Shown here piece by piece: positions 8,190-17,009 of a stretch of DNA of 27,244 bases; position 1 is the stretch's first letter, and each line of letters opens with the position of its first letter. Origin of the DNA: Methanotrichaceae archaeon. Its GTDB lineage: Archaea; Halobacteriota; Methanosarcinia; Methanotrichales; Methanotrichaceae. Both the position numbers and the translations under genes were made by a program. The notes beneath the pieces were generated by a model. The model did not search any database, was not told the DNA's origin, and saw only the letters and a program-made list of their open reading frames with translations. Location of the stretch: contig CAWDLW010000014.1 of the NCBI GenBank assembly GCA_963803145.1, positions 1 through 27,244 on the forward strand, read 5' to 3'.

Positions 8190-8454
8190 TTATCGCTTAG
8201 ATTCTCCACCGGAATCTCCTTCGGGTGCCCTATAAGACATATGATCTGTCGTTATGCCTTTGCCCTTGATGTACAGTCCCGTCATCGTTTCATGGAATAT
8301 TCTCTCATCCGGTTTCTTTGTCGCCAGGCTCACGATCACAAGAGCTGCAATAGACGCGACGAAGCCGTGTATGCTTGGATGCTATTGTCAGAGAACCTAG
8401 GTACCTGGCATAATAGCTCGCATAGCTCACGGCCGCAGGGCCGATGATCATCGT
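8190..8454 (-). pseudogene. 3' remnant of a probable sodium:solute symporter-type membrane protein, frameshifted
   Basis: TMIIGPAAVSYASYYARYLGSLTI, then a 1-nt shift near 8382 into HPSIHGFVASIAALVIVSLATKKPDE...SKR-stop(8190-8192), resembling the last TM helices of SSS transporters. Confidence 0.55.
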
Positions 8455-8492
8455 GAGAGGCTTTTTAAGTCGAGCGCCCCTATTTAGCAAGG

Positions 8493-9344
8493 ATGAGCGA
8501 GCAACTATCCCAGATGGGCAGTGATCTCAAGGAACTATGCAATTCTATTGCGAAGGCCGTCTTAGAATCTATCCATGAGATGATAGGTAAGCCCGCAGGC
8601 GGCGTCGTAATCGGAATGGGAGCAGATGGCACGCCGACAAAGAGCATCGATAAGGTTGCAGAAGATGCTGTGCTTTCTCAGCTGAAGCTCTCTGGAAAGA
8701 GTTTCAAGGTACTGAGCGAGGAGATCGGCGAGGTTTCGATAGGTAAGAATCGTGAAAATCCCGATTACTCAATTCATCTAGACCCTCTTGACGGCACATT
8801 CAATGCGATAAACGGTATACCGTTCTATTCACTCTCAATTTATCTGAGCAAGGATAATTGCCATTTCGGCTATGTCTACGACCTCGCGTCCTGCAAAAAG
8901 TATTATGCTGAGGCGGGAAAAGGCGCATATACCGAGAGCGAAGGCAATACCCCAATCAAGCTAAGGGTTTCAAAGACATCCAGCCTTAAGGATTTCAGCA
9001 TCTTCGCCTATACAATAAGGCCCAACACTGCAAAAATAGTAGGAATCGGGGATAAGGTCAGGCGAATCCGAACACTTGGAAGCACATCGACTGAGATGGC
9101 TTTTGTAGCCGCCGGAAAGCTGGATGCCTTCGTTGATTTGAGGGGAATGCTGCGCGTTGTGGATGTGGCGGCAGGCAAACTAATACTCGAAGAGGCGGGC
9201 GGAGTCATTACAGATGCAACTGGCAGGAAGCTCCATCTTGAAGGTCACATGGAAGGGCATATGTGGCAGAGGACGGATCTGATAGGATCGAACGGTCTAT
9301 TACACAAAGAGCTTCTCCAACTTATAGGCGGTGGTAGCCATTAA
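8493..9344 (+). CDS. Inositol monophosphatase-family phosphatase (archaeal FBPase/IMPase or NADP phosphatase)
   Basis: GADGTPTKSID, LSEE, LDPLDGTFNA, RTLGS, VVDVAAG. Confidence 0.92.
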   Translation: MSEQLSQMGSDLKELCNSIAKAVLESIHEMIGKPAGGVVIGMGADGTPTKSIDKVAEDAVLSQLKLSGKSFKVLSEEIGEVSIGKNRENPDYSIHLDPLDGTFNAINGIPFYSLSIYLSKDNCHFGYVYDLASCKKYYAEAGKGAYTESEGNTPIKLRVSKTSSLKDFSIFAYTIRPNTAKIVGIGDKVRRIRTLGSTSTEMAFVAAGKLDAFVDLRGMLRVVDVAAGKLILEEAGGVITDATGRKLHLEGHMEGHMWQRTDLIGSNGLLHKELLQLIGGGSH

Positions 9345-10155
9345 GATCGGCTTTGTGTCCAGGCACGAGACAGAGTCCGTCGAACTTGCGAGAATGCTCA
9401 TAAACCGCTTCAAATCTCAGTCAGAGATATTCATGGAACCTGACTTAGCTGAACGGCTCGGCATGAAGGGCACGCCTGTTGAGGAGATGGAGAATTTAGG
9501 AATAAACTTCATAGTCTCAGTTGGCGGCGATGGAACAATTCTTCGAACCATTCACAGGATGAGGAATCCGTTACCTATACTGGGGATTAACATGGGCACG
9601 ATTGGATTTCTTGTCGATGTAGAGCCCAAGGATGCAATCAAGACGATAGAACACCTTCTTAGCGGCTTTGAAGTCGATGAGAGGACGAGGCTTAAGATAA
9701 CTTTAGATGATAAGGACCTGATCCCGGCTACAAATGAAGTTACGCTGATCACTGCGAGCCCAGCCAAGATGATCGATTTTGATGTGCTTAGTAATGGCGC
9801 ACTCATGGAAAGGCTGCGCGCTGACGGCGTCATAATTGCGACATCAACCGGCTCTACAGCCTACGCAATGTCCGCAGGTGGTCCAATCGTCGATCCAAGG
9901 GTCGATGCGATTGTGCTCGTGCCGATGGCTCCCTTCAAGCTCTCCTCAAGGCCCTGGGTCGTGCCTGGCGACAGCATTGTCGAGCTCAGGCTTAAGCTGC
10001 CTGAGAAGGAGGCGCTTGTAGTTGTAGATGGAACGAATGTTGCCACTATGACTAGCAGGGATACGCTTGTAATCAGCAAAGCGGAGGCGCCTGCGAGGTT
10101 TGTGAAGGCCAGTAGAGATGGGTTCTACGAGAAGGTTAAGAACAAGCTATCATAA
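9331..10155 (+). CDS. nadK: NAD kinase
   Basis: GGDGT, GINMGTIGFL, TNE, DGVIIATSTGSTAYAMSAGGP; GTG start overlapping the upstream gene. Confidence 0.95.
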   Translation: MVAIKIGFVSRHETESVELARMLINRFKSQSEIFMEPDLAERLGMKGTPVEEMENLGINFIVSVGGDGTILRTIHRMRNPLPILGINMGTIGFLVDVEPKDAIKTIEHLLSGFEVDERTRLKITLDDKDLIPATNEVTLITASPAKMIDFDVLSNGALMERLRADGVIIATSTGSTAYAMSAGGPIVDPRVDAIVLVPMAPFKLSSRPWVVPGDSIVELRLKLPEKEALVVVDGTNVATMTSRDTLVISKAEAPARFVKASRDGFYEKVKNKLS

Positions 10156-10710
10156 TATCGATGAACTGCTTTATCAACAAAAAATTGGCATTGAGCGCTC
10201 ACCACAAAGACACAAAAGCACATAGAATATAATTCGAAGCTTGAATTTATTAGACTAGTCGAAAGAAGAACTATAATTTTGTGATAGCCCGGAGGTTATT
10301 ATGGGCACATAGAGACATGCCCCTATCCAGAGACATATCCCTTCAAAGCTATCGCGAGGGCAATCTTGTCCACGGATTAGCGTATTCTCTACTGCTGAGG
10401 ATAACTGCTAGAATGGCACAGGTTCGTAATTGCTTCTTGCACGTTTTTAGATAATACGCCAAATTCTGGTTTAAGCTCATCGATTCTGGAATTAAAATAA
10501 AAGCATGTTTGGACTGCAGTCGTAACAAGGAATTGTTACAAAAAATTTATCTAAACGGTTAGACATAAGGGAGATACGTCTAGGCAAACATAACATTGGG
10601 GTGGAGGGAATAAGGTGCTTTCAAAAAAATGGCTAGCGATATTATAGTTAATCATTGAGCTTATTGCCCTATAGATACATTTAATAATTAATGCGTGAAA
10701 ATACATAGGC

Positions 10711-11208
10711 ATGGGTAGAAAACCTATAATAATTAGGCATATATCAAAGATAGACCTTGATAAATTATATAAAAAAGAGACTGATCTAAGGATTAAGGAA
10801 CGGTTATTGGCAATAATACATTTATATGAAGGGAAAAACGTATATGAGGTAGCTGATATTTTAAAAAGGGGCGAGAGGACAATAAAATATTGGTTAAGCA
10901 GATGGAATAATCAAGGCTATAATGGATTGACACCAAAGAATAGAAATGGCAAAAAGCCAAAGATGTCTCTTGATGAATGGGATAGAGTTATTAAAGAAAT
11001 TGAAGACAAAGGAATGACGATAAAAGACGTATTAAAATATGTAAGGGATACAAGAGGTATAGATTTTTCATATAAATATGGCTGGCGAATTTTAAGAGTA
11101 GTGAAAAAAGTTAAGTATGGGAAACCATACATCAGAAATGAAAAGAGGCCTGCAGATGCAGAAAGTTTTTTAAAAAAGGATAAAATCAGTGCTGACCACT
11201 GTTACTGA
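10711..11208 (+). CDS. IS630 transposase OrfA (HTH DNA-binding part)
   Basis: ERLLAIIHLYEG...EVADIL...TIKYWLSRWNNQGYNGL; KPY...RPADAE. Confidence 0.88.
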   Translation: MGRKPIIIRHISKIDLDKLYKKETDLRIKERLLAIIHLYEGKNVYEVADILKRGERTIKYWLSRWNNQGYNGLTPKNRNGKKPKMSLDEWDRVIKEIEDKGMTIKDVLKYVRDTRGIDFSYKYGWRILRVVKKVKYGKPYIRNEKRPADAESFLKKDKISADHCY

Positions 11209-11716
11209 TCCTGTTATAGGATTTCTTGATGAAAGCTCTTTACAACAGCGCCCTAATACACGTAGAGTCTTAAACACTCATTTAATAAATTATAAACCTG
11301 GAAAGGTTAGATCAAGAACTATTTTTGGATTTATAGCATTAAATGGCAATGATGAGGTTATGGTTTCCAACTCCTCTAAGAAGGAAGCGTTGATGGCATT
11401 TGCTCAAAATATAAGAAATAATAATATTATGAGGCCAATTTGTATACTTTTAGATAATGCTAGAATTCATTTGGCCAAGAAATTTAGAAAACTAGCTGAG
11501 GAAATCGATATTCACTTAATTTATAATATCCCCTATTCACCAGATTTGAATCCTATAGAATTCGGTTGGAAGGATTTCAAAAGAGAGATCGCCAAATACA
11601 CTGATTTCGATGAAGCTATTATAGCTAGCCAAGATTGCGCTTTAGAAATATTTTATTCCAAAAAGGATGGATATTCAAAGTCCTGGGTGGAGCGATTTCT
11701 TAGTGCAAAAAGCTAG
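11174..11716 (+). CDS. IS630 transposase OrfB (DDE catalytic part)
   Basis: FLDES, LLDNARIH, PYSPDLNPIE; frame opens after TAA at 11171-11173. Confidence 0.9.
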   Translation, partial: KRIKSVLTTVTDPVIGFLDESSLQQRPNTRRVLNTHLINYKPGKVRSRTIFGFIALNGNDEVMVSNSSKKEALMAFAQNIRNNNIMRPICILLDNARIHLAKKFRKLAEEIDIHLIYNIPYSPDLNPIEFGWKDFKREIAKYTDFDEAIIASQDCALEIFYSKKDGYSKSWVERFLSAKS

Positions 11717-11760
11717 GAGATTAACTATAATTGCTTTACTTGCAGCAAGTCCTATGGCAG

Positions 11761-12120
11761 CATCAGCGGGAACAACAACAGCTGATACTACATCAGCGGG
11801 ATCTACAACAGCTGATACTACATCAGCGGGATCTACAACAGCTGATACTACATCAGCGGGAACAACAACAGCTGATACTACATCAGCGGGATCTACAACA
11901 GCTGATACTACATCAGCGGGATCTACAACAGCTGATACTACATCAGCGGGATCTACAACAGCTGATACTACATCAGCGGGATCTACAACAGTTGATACTA
12001 CATCAGCGGGATCTACAACAGCTGATACTACATCAGCGGGATCTACACCAGCTGATACTACACCAGCGGGACCTACACCAGCTGATACTACACCAGCGGG
12101 AACAACACCAACTAAAACAA
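11761..12120 (+). repeat. Coding tandem repeat, 12 x 30 bp (SAGSTTADTT)
   Basis: Unit CATCAGCGGGATCTACAACAGCTGATACTA; variants at units 1, 4, 8 and progressive decay in units 10-12. Confidence 0.97.
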
Positions 12121-12742
12121 CATTAGCGGAAAAGCCAGGCCCATCAGGTATTGCCGATGGAAAGTATGATTTGGCGACATCCGCTGCTGATAGTGCAGCA
12201 GACGCGATCATTATTACAAATCTTCAGACCCGGGTTACTGAACTAGAGACACAAGTTGCTCAACTAACCACGCAGATTGGATCATGCTCAGGTCAGTTGA
12301 CCGAGTGTCAAGGGCAGCTCGGAGCATGCCCTTCAACAACATGCCAAAGCGATTTAGCATCATGCCAGAGACAATTCGGAACATGCCCAAGTCAATTGAG
12401 TCAGTGCCAACAGCAGCTCGCGACATGCCCTGAAGATTTATCAAAGGAATTGATTCAGTGCTCACGTCAGTCGAATAATTGTCAAAGCGCTTTGAACGAT
12501 TGTTATAATAAATGTGGGTAGTTCCAGAAGTACATTCGTCAGGCTCAAACCTACTTTTTCACAAAGAATTTGGATAGATGCCTTACTGCCAATAAGTACA
12601 ATATAGTCTCTTTCGACGTCTAAGCTTTGCAAGTTATAATTTGCTGTGGATAGCAGTGTATAGATAGCAGTGTATATCCTCAGCTAGTTCCATAGTATTT
12701 TTCCCAATTCTCAAATAGCAGCTAATCTATTCCTTAAATTTC

Positions 12743-13336
12743 TCAAGGCCCGCATCTCAACCTTGGGATGAACATAGGCACCCTTTGCCTGTATTTTCTA
12801 TATTGCTCTCCAAACTCCTTAAGCAGAGATGTTTCCTCATGAATCGCTCCAACATAGAAGTATACAGTCGCCAGCACATTGAAGATCAGAAGGCTCAGAG
12901 TCATGGTTGGAAATAGCCACAGGAAGATTATGCCAAATAGAAACAAGGGATTTCTGAGGTGGCAATAGAATCCATTCGTAACAAGGCTGCCACTCTCCTT
13001 CTTTCCTTGAAGCTGATCCAGCCCAAAGAAGTAAGCTATATTGGTCTGCGCCAAAGCTATCAAAGCTCCAAGGGCGGCCAGCACCTGCCCCGCCATCATC
13101 AGCCATTTCCAAGGGGCACGGACTGCGTAGAGAACTCTGCCAGGCAGAAATGCCAGGATGTAGACGAAAGGCACCACCATGATCAGTGCCAGGATTACAT
13201 AGACAAGCCTGTACCAGCGGTCGACGTCTCCGCCGAAGATACGCCTCACAAGCGTTTTGGGCCTGGGATCGGCTAGAATGCTATGAATAAAGCCGAAAAG
13301 CACGAAGTATACTCCCATAATCAGAACAGACGCCAT
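12743..13336 (-). CDS. Isoprenylcysteine carboxyl methyltransferase/NnrU-like membrane protein
   Basis: LFGFIHSILA, LVTNGFYCHLRNPLF, HEETSLLKEFGEQYRKYRQRVPMFIP. Confidence 0.85.
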   Translation of the reverse strand: MASVLIMGVYFVLFGFIHSILADPRPKTLVRRIFGGDVDRWYRLVYVILALIMVVPFVYILAFLPGRVLYAVRAPWKWLMMAGQVLAALGALIALAQTNIAYFFGLDQLQGKKESGSLVTNGFYCHLRNPLFLFGIIFLWLFPTMTLSLLIFNVLATVYFYVGAIHEETSLLKEFGEQYRKYRQRVPMFIPRLRCGP

Positions 13337-13458
13337 AGTTTGACCTCAGCCGGTTTTATCAGGCTTCCGGAGCCACTGATTAGTAATATCAATACTATCG
13401 CTGTACCCAAAACAATCGGTATAGTCCATATCTTCATCCCATTCCCCTATGAAAACTC

Positions 13459-13938
13459 TTAACCTCGCCTGCTGACTGGCATATAGAATATAACACCGTC
13501 AGAAATGCTGCTCACAACCAGGCCGCGCTCATTCAGGCGTTCGCATACCATATCGATGAGCGACTCCAGAGGCTTATTGCGCATCTCCACAGATATGCCC
13601 TTAAATGCGGAAAAGCTGCCTGTGATCATGCCATCCTCGAACTCTGCATCAGGCAGCTGCACATCGAGATCTGTCAATTCGCCGAGGCTGACACCCTCCT
13701 CGGCAGCTGCAGAGCTGAAGAGATCGAAATATTCATCGGAGCTCCAGACACATATTATGTCCCCCTTATTGCCTTGCCCCTTGGATAAAGTGTAGATTTG
13801 ATATCTGCCCACATCGATATCTTCCAGTCGAGATCCGCTGGCGATCTGATCTGCGGCCGCCTCCATAACCGATATCATATCCTCCAAGTGCTCCATTGCA
13901 CGTTTAGCTATGTTATCCAGCCGTGCATCCAAATCCAT
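13459..13938 (-). CDS. Hypothetical acidic protein
   Basis: 159-aa ORF with AGGAG RBS; no motif recognised. Confidence 0.7.
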   Translation of the reverse strand: MDLDARLDNIAKRAMEHLEDMISVMEAAADQIASGSRLEDIDVGRYQIYTLSKGQGNKGDIICVWSSDEYFDLFSSAAAEEGVSLGELTDLDVQLPDAEFEDGMITGSFSAFKGISVEMRNKPLESLIDMVCERLNERGLVVSSISDGVIFYMPVSRRG

Positions 13939-14073
13939 ACTATCTCCTAAATCATATTATTCCCTAAGTTATCTGAGATAAATATTCCGTGATATTCCAT
14001 ACCTGCCCTTAGTATTTTTGGCAATAGCTAAACTATTAATACATCCCTTGACTCCTTTGCTCCGGTCTCTAAA

Positions 14074-14913
14074 ATGGAAGGTAGCTCGACTAGATCAACT
14101 GTCCTTCAGAAAATGGAGCTTGATTTCTGGGAGAAACTGAGGAAGAGCGGTGAGGATGCAGATCTCAAATATGCTCGTGATCTGCCTGATGATACTCCAA
14201 AGTTCATATTAAAAATGCTCTCTGAGTTCGAGAGTGATGTGGCCGAATTCTGCCTTGGCGATGCCATCGGATCTGTTCTTGATGCTGGCTGCGGAAACGG
14301 AAACATTCTGATGAGGTCTCTTAGGTCTATTAGCCAGCCCACACAAAAGATACGAAAGTATGCGGGCATGGATTTTTCAAGGAATATGCTTGATAGGGCA
14401 GCCGTAAGAGCGCAACATTTGCCGAACTCATTTTTCCTTCAGGGATGTGTAAATCAGCTGCCGTTCAAAGACAAAACATTTGATAGAGTTGTAAGCAGCG
14501 GTGTCCTGACATGCCTTCCTACTGCTAAAGAAGCCGAGGAGGCGCTGAACGAATTCAACAGAGTTCTGAAGCCAGAAGGAACTCTGGTTGTAGACTTCTT
14601 CAATAGGGTCTCTCATTTCACTATTTTGCGAAAGCATCTCCTCAGAGAAGATATTAAGGCGCCCGAATACGTTTCTCCTAATGAGTTCATGACCAGCCTG
14701 GAGCGTGCAGGCTTTGAGGTTCTGGATTATCGAGGGTTTGACTTCAAGCCATATCAGGGGTATCTCTTCATGAGCAGATGGCGGCAGATTCTCGATCCGT
14801 GCTTTATACAAGAGAGATTCACTCGAATTATAGAGTCAAAAATGGTGCCGAGGCTGCCTGTATTGAGCCTGCTTGGGTATAGGATTTATGTGAAATGCAT
14901 TAAAACTGAGTAA
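14074..14913 (+). CDS. Class I SAM-dependent methyltransferase
   Basis: VLDAGCGNG, GMDFSRNML, LPFKDKTFDRV, RVLKPEG. Confidence 0.9.
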   Translation: MEGSSTRSTVLQKMELDFWEKLRKSGEDADLKYARDLPDDTPKFILKMLSEFESDVAEFCLGDAIGSVLDAGCGNGNILMRSLRSISQPTQKIRKYAGMDFSRNMLDRAAVRAQHLPNSFFLQGCVNQLPFKDKTFDRVVSSGVLTCLPTAKEAEEALNEFNRVLKPEGTLVVDFFNRVSHFTILRKHLLREDIKAPEYVSPNEFMTSLERAGFEVLDYRGFDFKPYQGYLFMSRWRQILDPCFIQERFTRIIESKMVPRLPVLSLLGYRIYVKCIKTE

Positions 14914-15250
14914 GGGCCGATAACGCGAATGGCATTATAGTTATCCTTATAACACCTTGCTTACTTGCTTAACTTTCTCGCCCTTTTGTCCTTTTGCTCT
15001 TAATGCCCAGTTTATCGGCAGTTCAAGATGCACCTAAATGGACTTAGGATAACAGTAGGGATCTTGTATTCTTTTCATATATCCATAACAGCCTTTGCAA
15101 ACGGGATTTAGATCACTTTCCCCGTCTAAAAATGAAAAGAATGGGAAAATTTTATCCTATTAATCCTCATTTAATATTCTCCAAACATCAAATCAGCATC
15201 ATAATTAAGTACGAGTAATTACAGCTTAGAATTCAAGGTGAAATTGTATT

Positions 15251-16075
15251 ATGACAAAATCCATAAAGATTCTTTATATTGCCTTAGCTGTAGCGATGGC
15301 AGTAATTCTGGTGCCGGAGATCCAGGCATCCTCGAATGATACCCGGTCATACTCAAATGATACTTTGTTCCAGGCATCTACCATAAGTTCCCTGATGGTT
15401 GGTGATTTTGATGGCACTACGACAATCAAGGAGTTAAAGGCTCATGGAGACTTCGGCGTGGGAACTGTTGATAACTTAGACGGAGAGATGATTGGGGTTG
15501 ACGGCCAGTTCTATCAAGTGAAATCCAATGGCGTGGCATACCCAATAAACGACTCCATGGAGACACCCTTTGCAGAGGTCGTCTTCTTTAATCCTGACGA
15601 GATCCTAACTCTAAACGGCACATCCAACCTCACCCAGATCGAGAACTACCTGGACAGCAAGCTCGCTACTAAAAACATCTTCTACGCAATCAGAATCGAT
15701 GGGACCTTCGATTATGTTAAGACAAGAAGTGTGCCTGTTCAAAGTAAGCCCTATCCAACTCTAGCTGAAGCTGTCAAAGGTCAGAAGGTATTCGAGTTTC
15801 ATAATATCAGCGGAACATTAGTTGGCTTCAGATCCCCCGATTTTGCAAACGGCATAAACGTCCCAGGCTACCATATGCATTTCATAACATCGGATAGATC
15901 CTCGGGAGGGCATCTGCTGGACCTCAAGATAAAGAACGCGAGCGTTAAGATTGACGATCGCTCTGAGCTGGAAATGATATTGCCAAACAATGAGGAATTC
16001 AATCAGACAGATCTATCTGGAAACAATAACAATCAGACTGCCTTGAAGAATATAGAATCCGATACCAAAAAATAG
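15251..16075 (+). CDS. budA: Alpha-acetolactate decarboxylase with signal peptide
   Basis: HGDFGVGT, LDGEMIG, KTRSVP, GYHMHF, GGHL; N-terminal MTKSIKILYIALAVAMAVIL. Confidence 0.92.
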   Translation: MTKSIKILYIALAVAMAVILVPEIQASSNDTRSYSNDTLFQASTISSLMVGDFDGTTTIKELKAHGDFGVGTVDNLDGEMIGVDGQFYQVKSNGVAYPINDSMETPFAEVVFFNPDEILTLNGTSNLTQIENYLDSKLATKNIFYAIRIDGTFDYVKTRSVPVQSKPYPTLAEAVKGQKVFEFHNISGTLVGFRSPDFANGINVPGYHMHFITSDRSSGGHLLDLKIKNASVKIDDRSELEMILPNNEEFNQTDLSGNNNNQTALKNIESDTKK

Positions 16076-16145
16076 GCCCGGTCTCAGCTAAATCCTTCGC
16101 CATGTAACCCAGGCTCTGACTGGTACTCAGCATAGCAAAGGTCGC

Positions 16146-16171
16146 TTGGAGATCTCCCGGGCGATCTCCAA
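16146..16171. terminator. Near-perfect 26-bp palindrome between convergent genes
   Basis: TTGGAGATCtCCCGGGcGATCTCCAA (one mismatch) between the budA and SDR stop codons. Confidence 0.45.
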
Positions 16172-16185
16172 AAGTATTCGTAAGA

Positions 16186-16920
16186 TTAGCTGTCCCCTTT
16201 TCCCATTTTTTTCATCCAATCGTGTGCAAAGATTTCGGCTTCTCCGCTAACTATACCATCGAGGATCTTTTGCGCAACATATTCTGCAGTATCGGCAGGG
16301 AACGGACCTGTGCCTTCTTGATCCTGACTAGCCGCAGCATATCTGATTGTGTTTTTCTCGAAATCGGTAAGCGTAATGTAAGGATACACAACGCTGACAG
16401 CGATATTATCTTCCTTTAGCTCTTCCCGTGCAGTCAGGCTAATATCAGCCAGCGCCCGTTTTGTTGATGCATAAGCACTCATGCCCGGCAGATGCATCAG
16501 CGCAGTGCCGGAGCTGATGTTGATAATCGCTCCTTCGCCCTGACTCTTCATAAGCGGAATGACCCCTTGCATAGCCACAAGCGGGCCTACGACGTTCAGA
16601 TCGAAAATGTAATGGAATATATCGACATCTATTTTTTCAACTGGAGCATCGTATCCTTGGCCTGCGTTATTGATAAGAATATCAATTCTCCCGAAATGTG
16701 CCTCAGTTTGCTCAATCATCCTTTTGATTTCCACAATTTTCGTCATATCCGCAGGGATTGCAAGCGAGCTTGGAAGCTCTCTTGAAAGCTCTTTTAGCTT
16801 CTCTTTTGAGCGGGAAACAAGAGCGAGTTTTGCGCCGTGTTTTGCAAGAAGCTTTGCCGTCGCAAGGCCGATCCCTGAAGAAGCGCCGGTGATAATAACG
16901 ACTTTGTTCCGAACATCCAT
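16186..16920 (-). CDS. Short-chain dehydrogenase/reductase
   Basis: TGASSGIG, NNAG, NISS, YASTK; ATG at 16920. Confidence 0.92.
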   Translation of the reverse strand: MDVRNKVVIITGASSGIGLATAKLLAKHGAKLALVSRSKEKLKELSRELPSSLAIPADMTKIVEIKRMIEQTEAHFGRIDILINNAGQGYDAPVEKIDVDIFHYIFDLNVVGPLVAMQGVIPLMKSQGEGAIINISSGTALMHLPGMSAYASTKRALADISLTAREELKEDNIAVSVVYPYITLTDFEKNTIRYAAASQDQEGTGPFPADTAEYVAQKILDGIVSGEAEIFAHDWMKKMGKGDS

Positions 16921-17009
16921 AATATCACTTTTTATTGCCAGTAACAATCTTCACGTTTATCTATCCGATACTTCTAACCCAGACAAAAGGCATTTGTGTA
17001 AGGAAAAGT

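Larger units (their letters stand above)
10645..11727 (+). mobile_element. IS630-family insertion sequence, 1083 bp
   Basis: Imperfect TIRs TAGTTAATCattgAGCTTaTTGCcCTA / TAGTTAATCtcctAGCTTtTTGCaCTA; TA duplication at 10643-10644 and 11728-11729; two transposase ORFs. Confidence 0.93.
10615..12521 (+). pseudogene. Secreted Thr/Ser-repeat, Cys-heptad coiled-coil protein interrupted by IS630
   Basis: Removing the IS and one TA restores GTG(10615)-LSKKWLAIL|IALLAASPMAASA-GTT..., a signal peptide with a GGAGGG RBS at 10603-10608. Confidence 0.85.

Noticed and set aside
11761-12120. CRISPR array
   Set aside because: Contiguous 30-bp units with no unique spacers, in frame within a coding region; no cas genes.
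11675-12211. Alternative-frame ORFs 11675..12211(-) and 11731..12126(+)
   Set aside because: Shadows of the stop-free tandem repeat; the signal-peptide frame explains the locus.
15144-15157. NrpR operator-like GGAA-N6-ATCC upstream of budA
   Set aside because: One mismatch to GGAA-N6-TTCC, single copy, AT-rich context.
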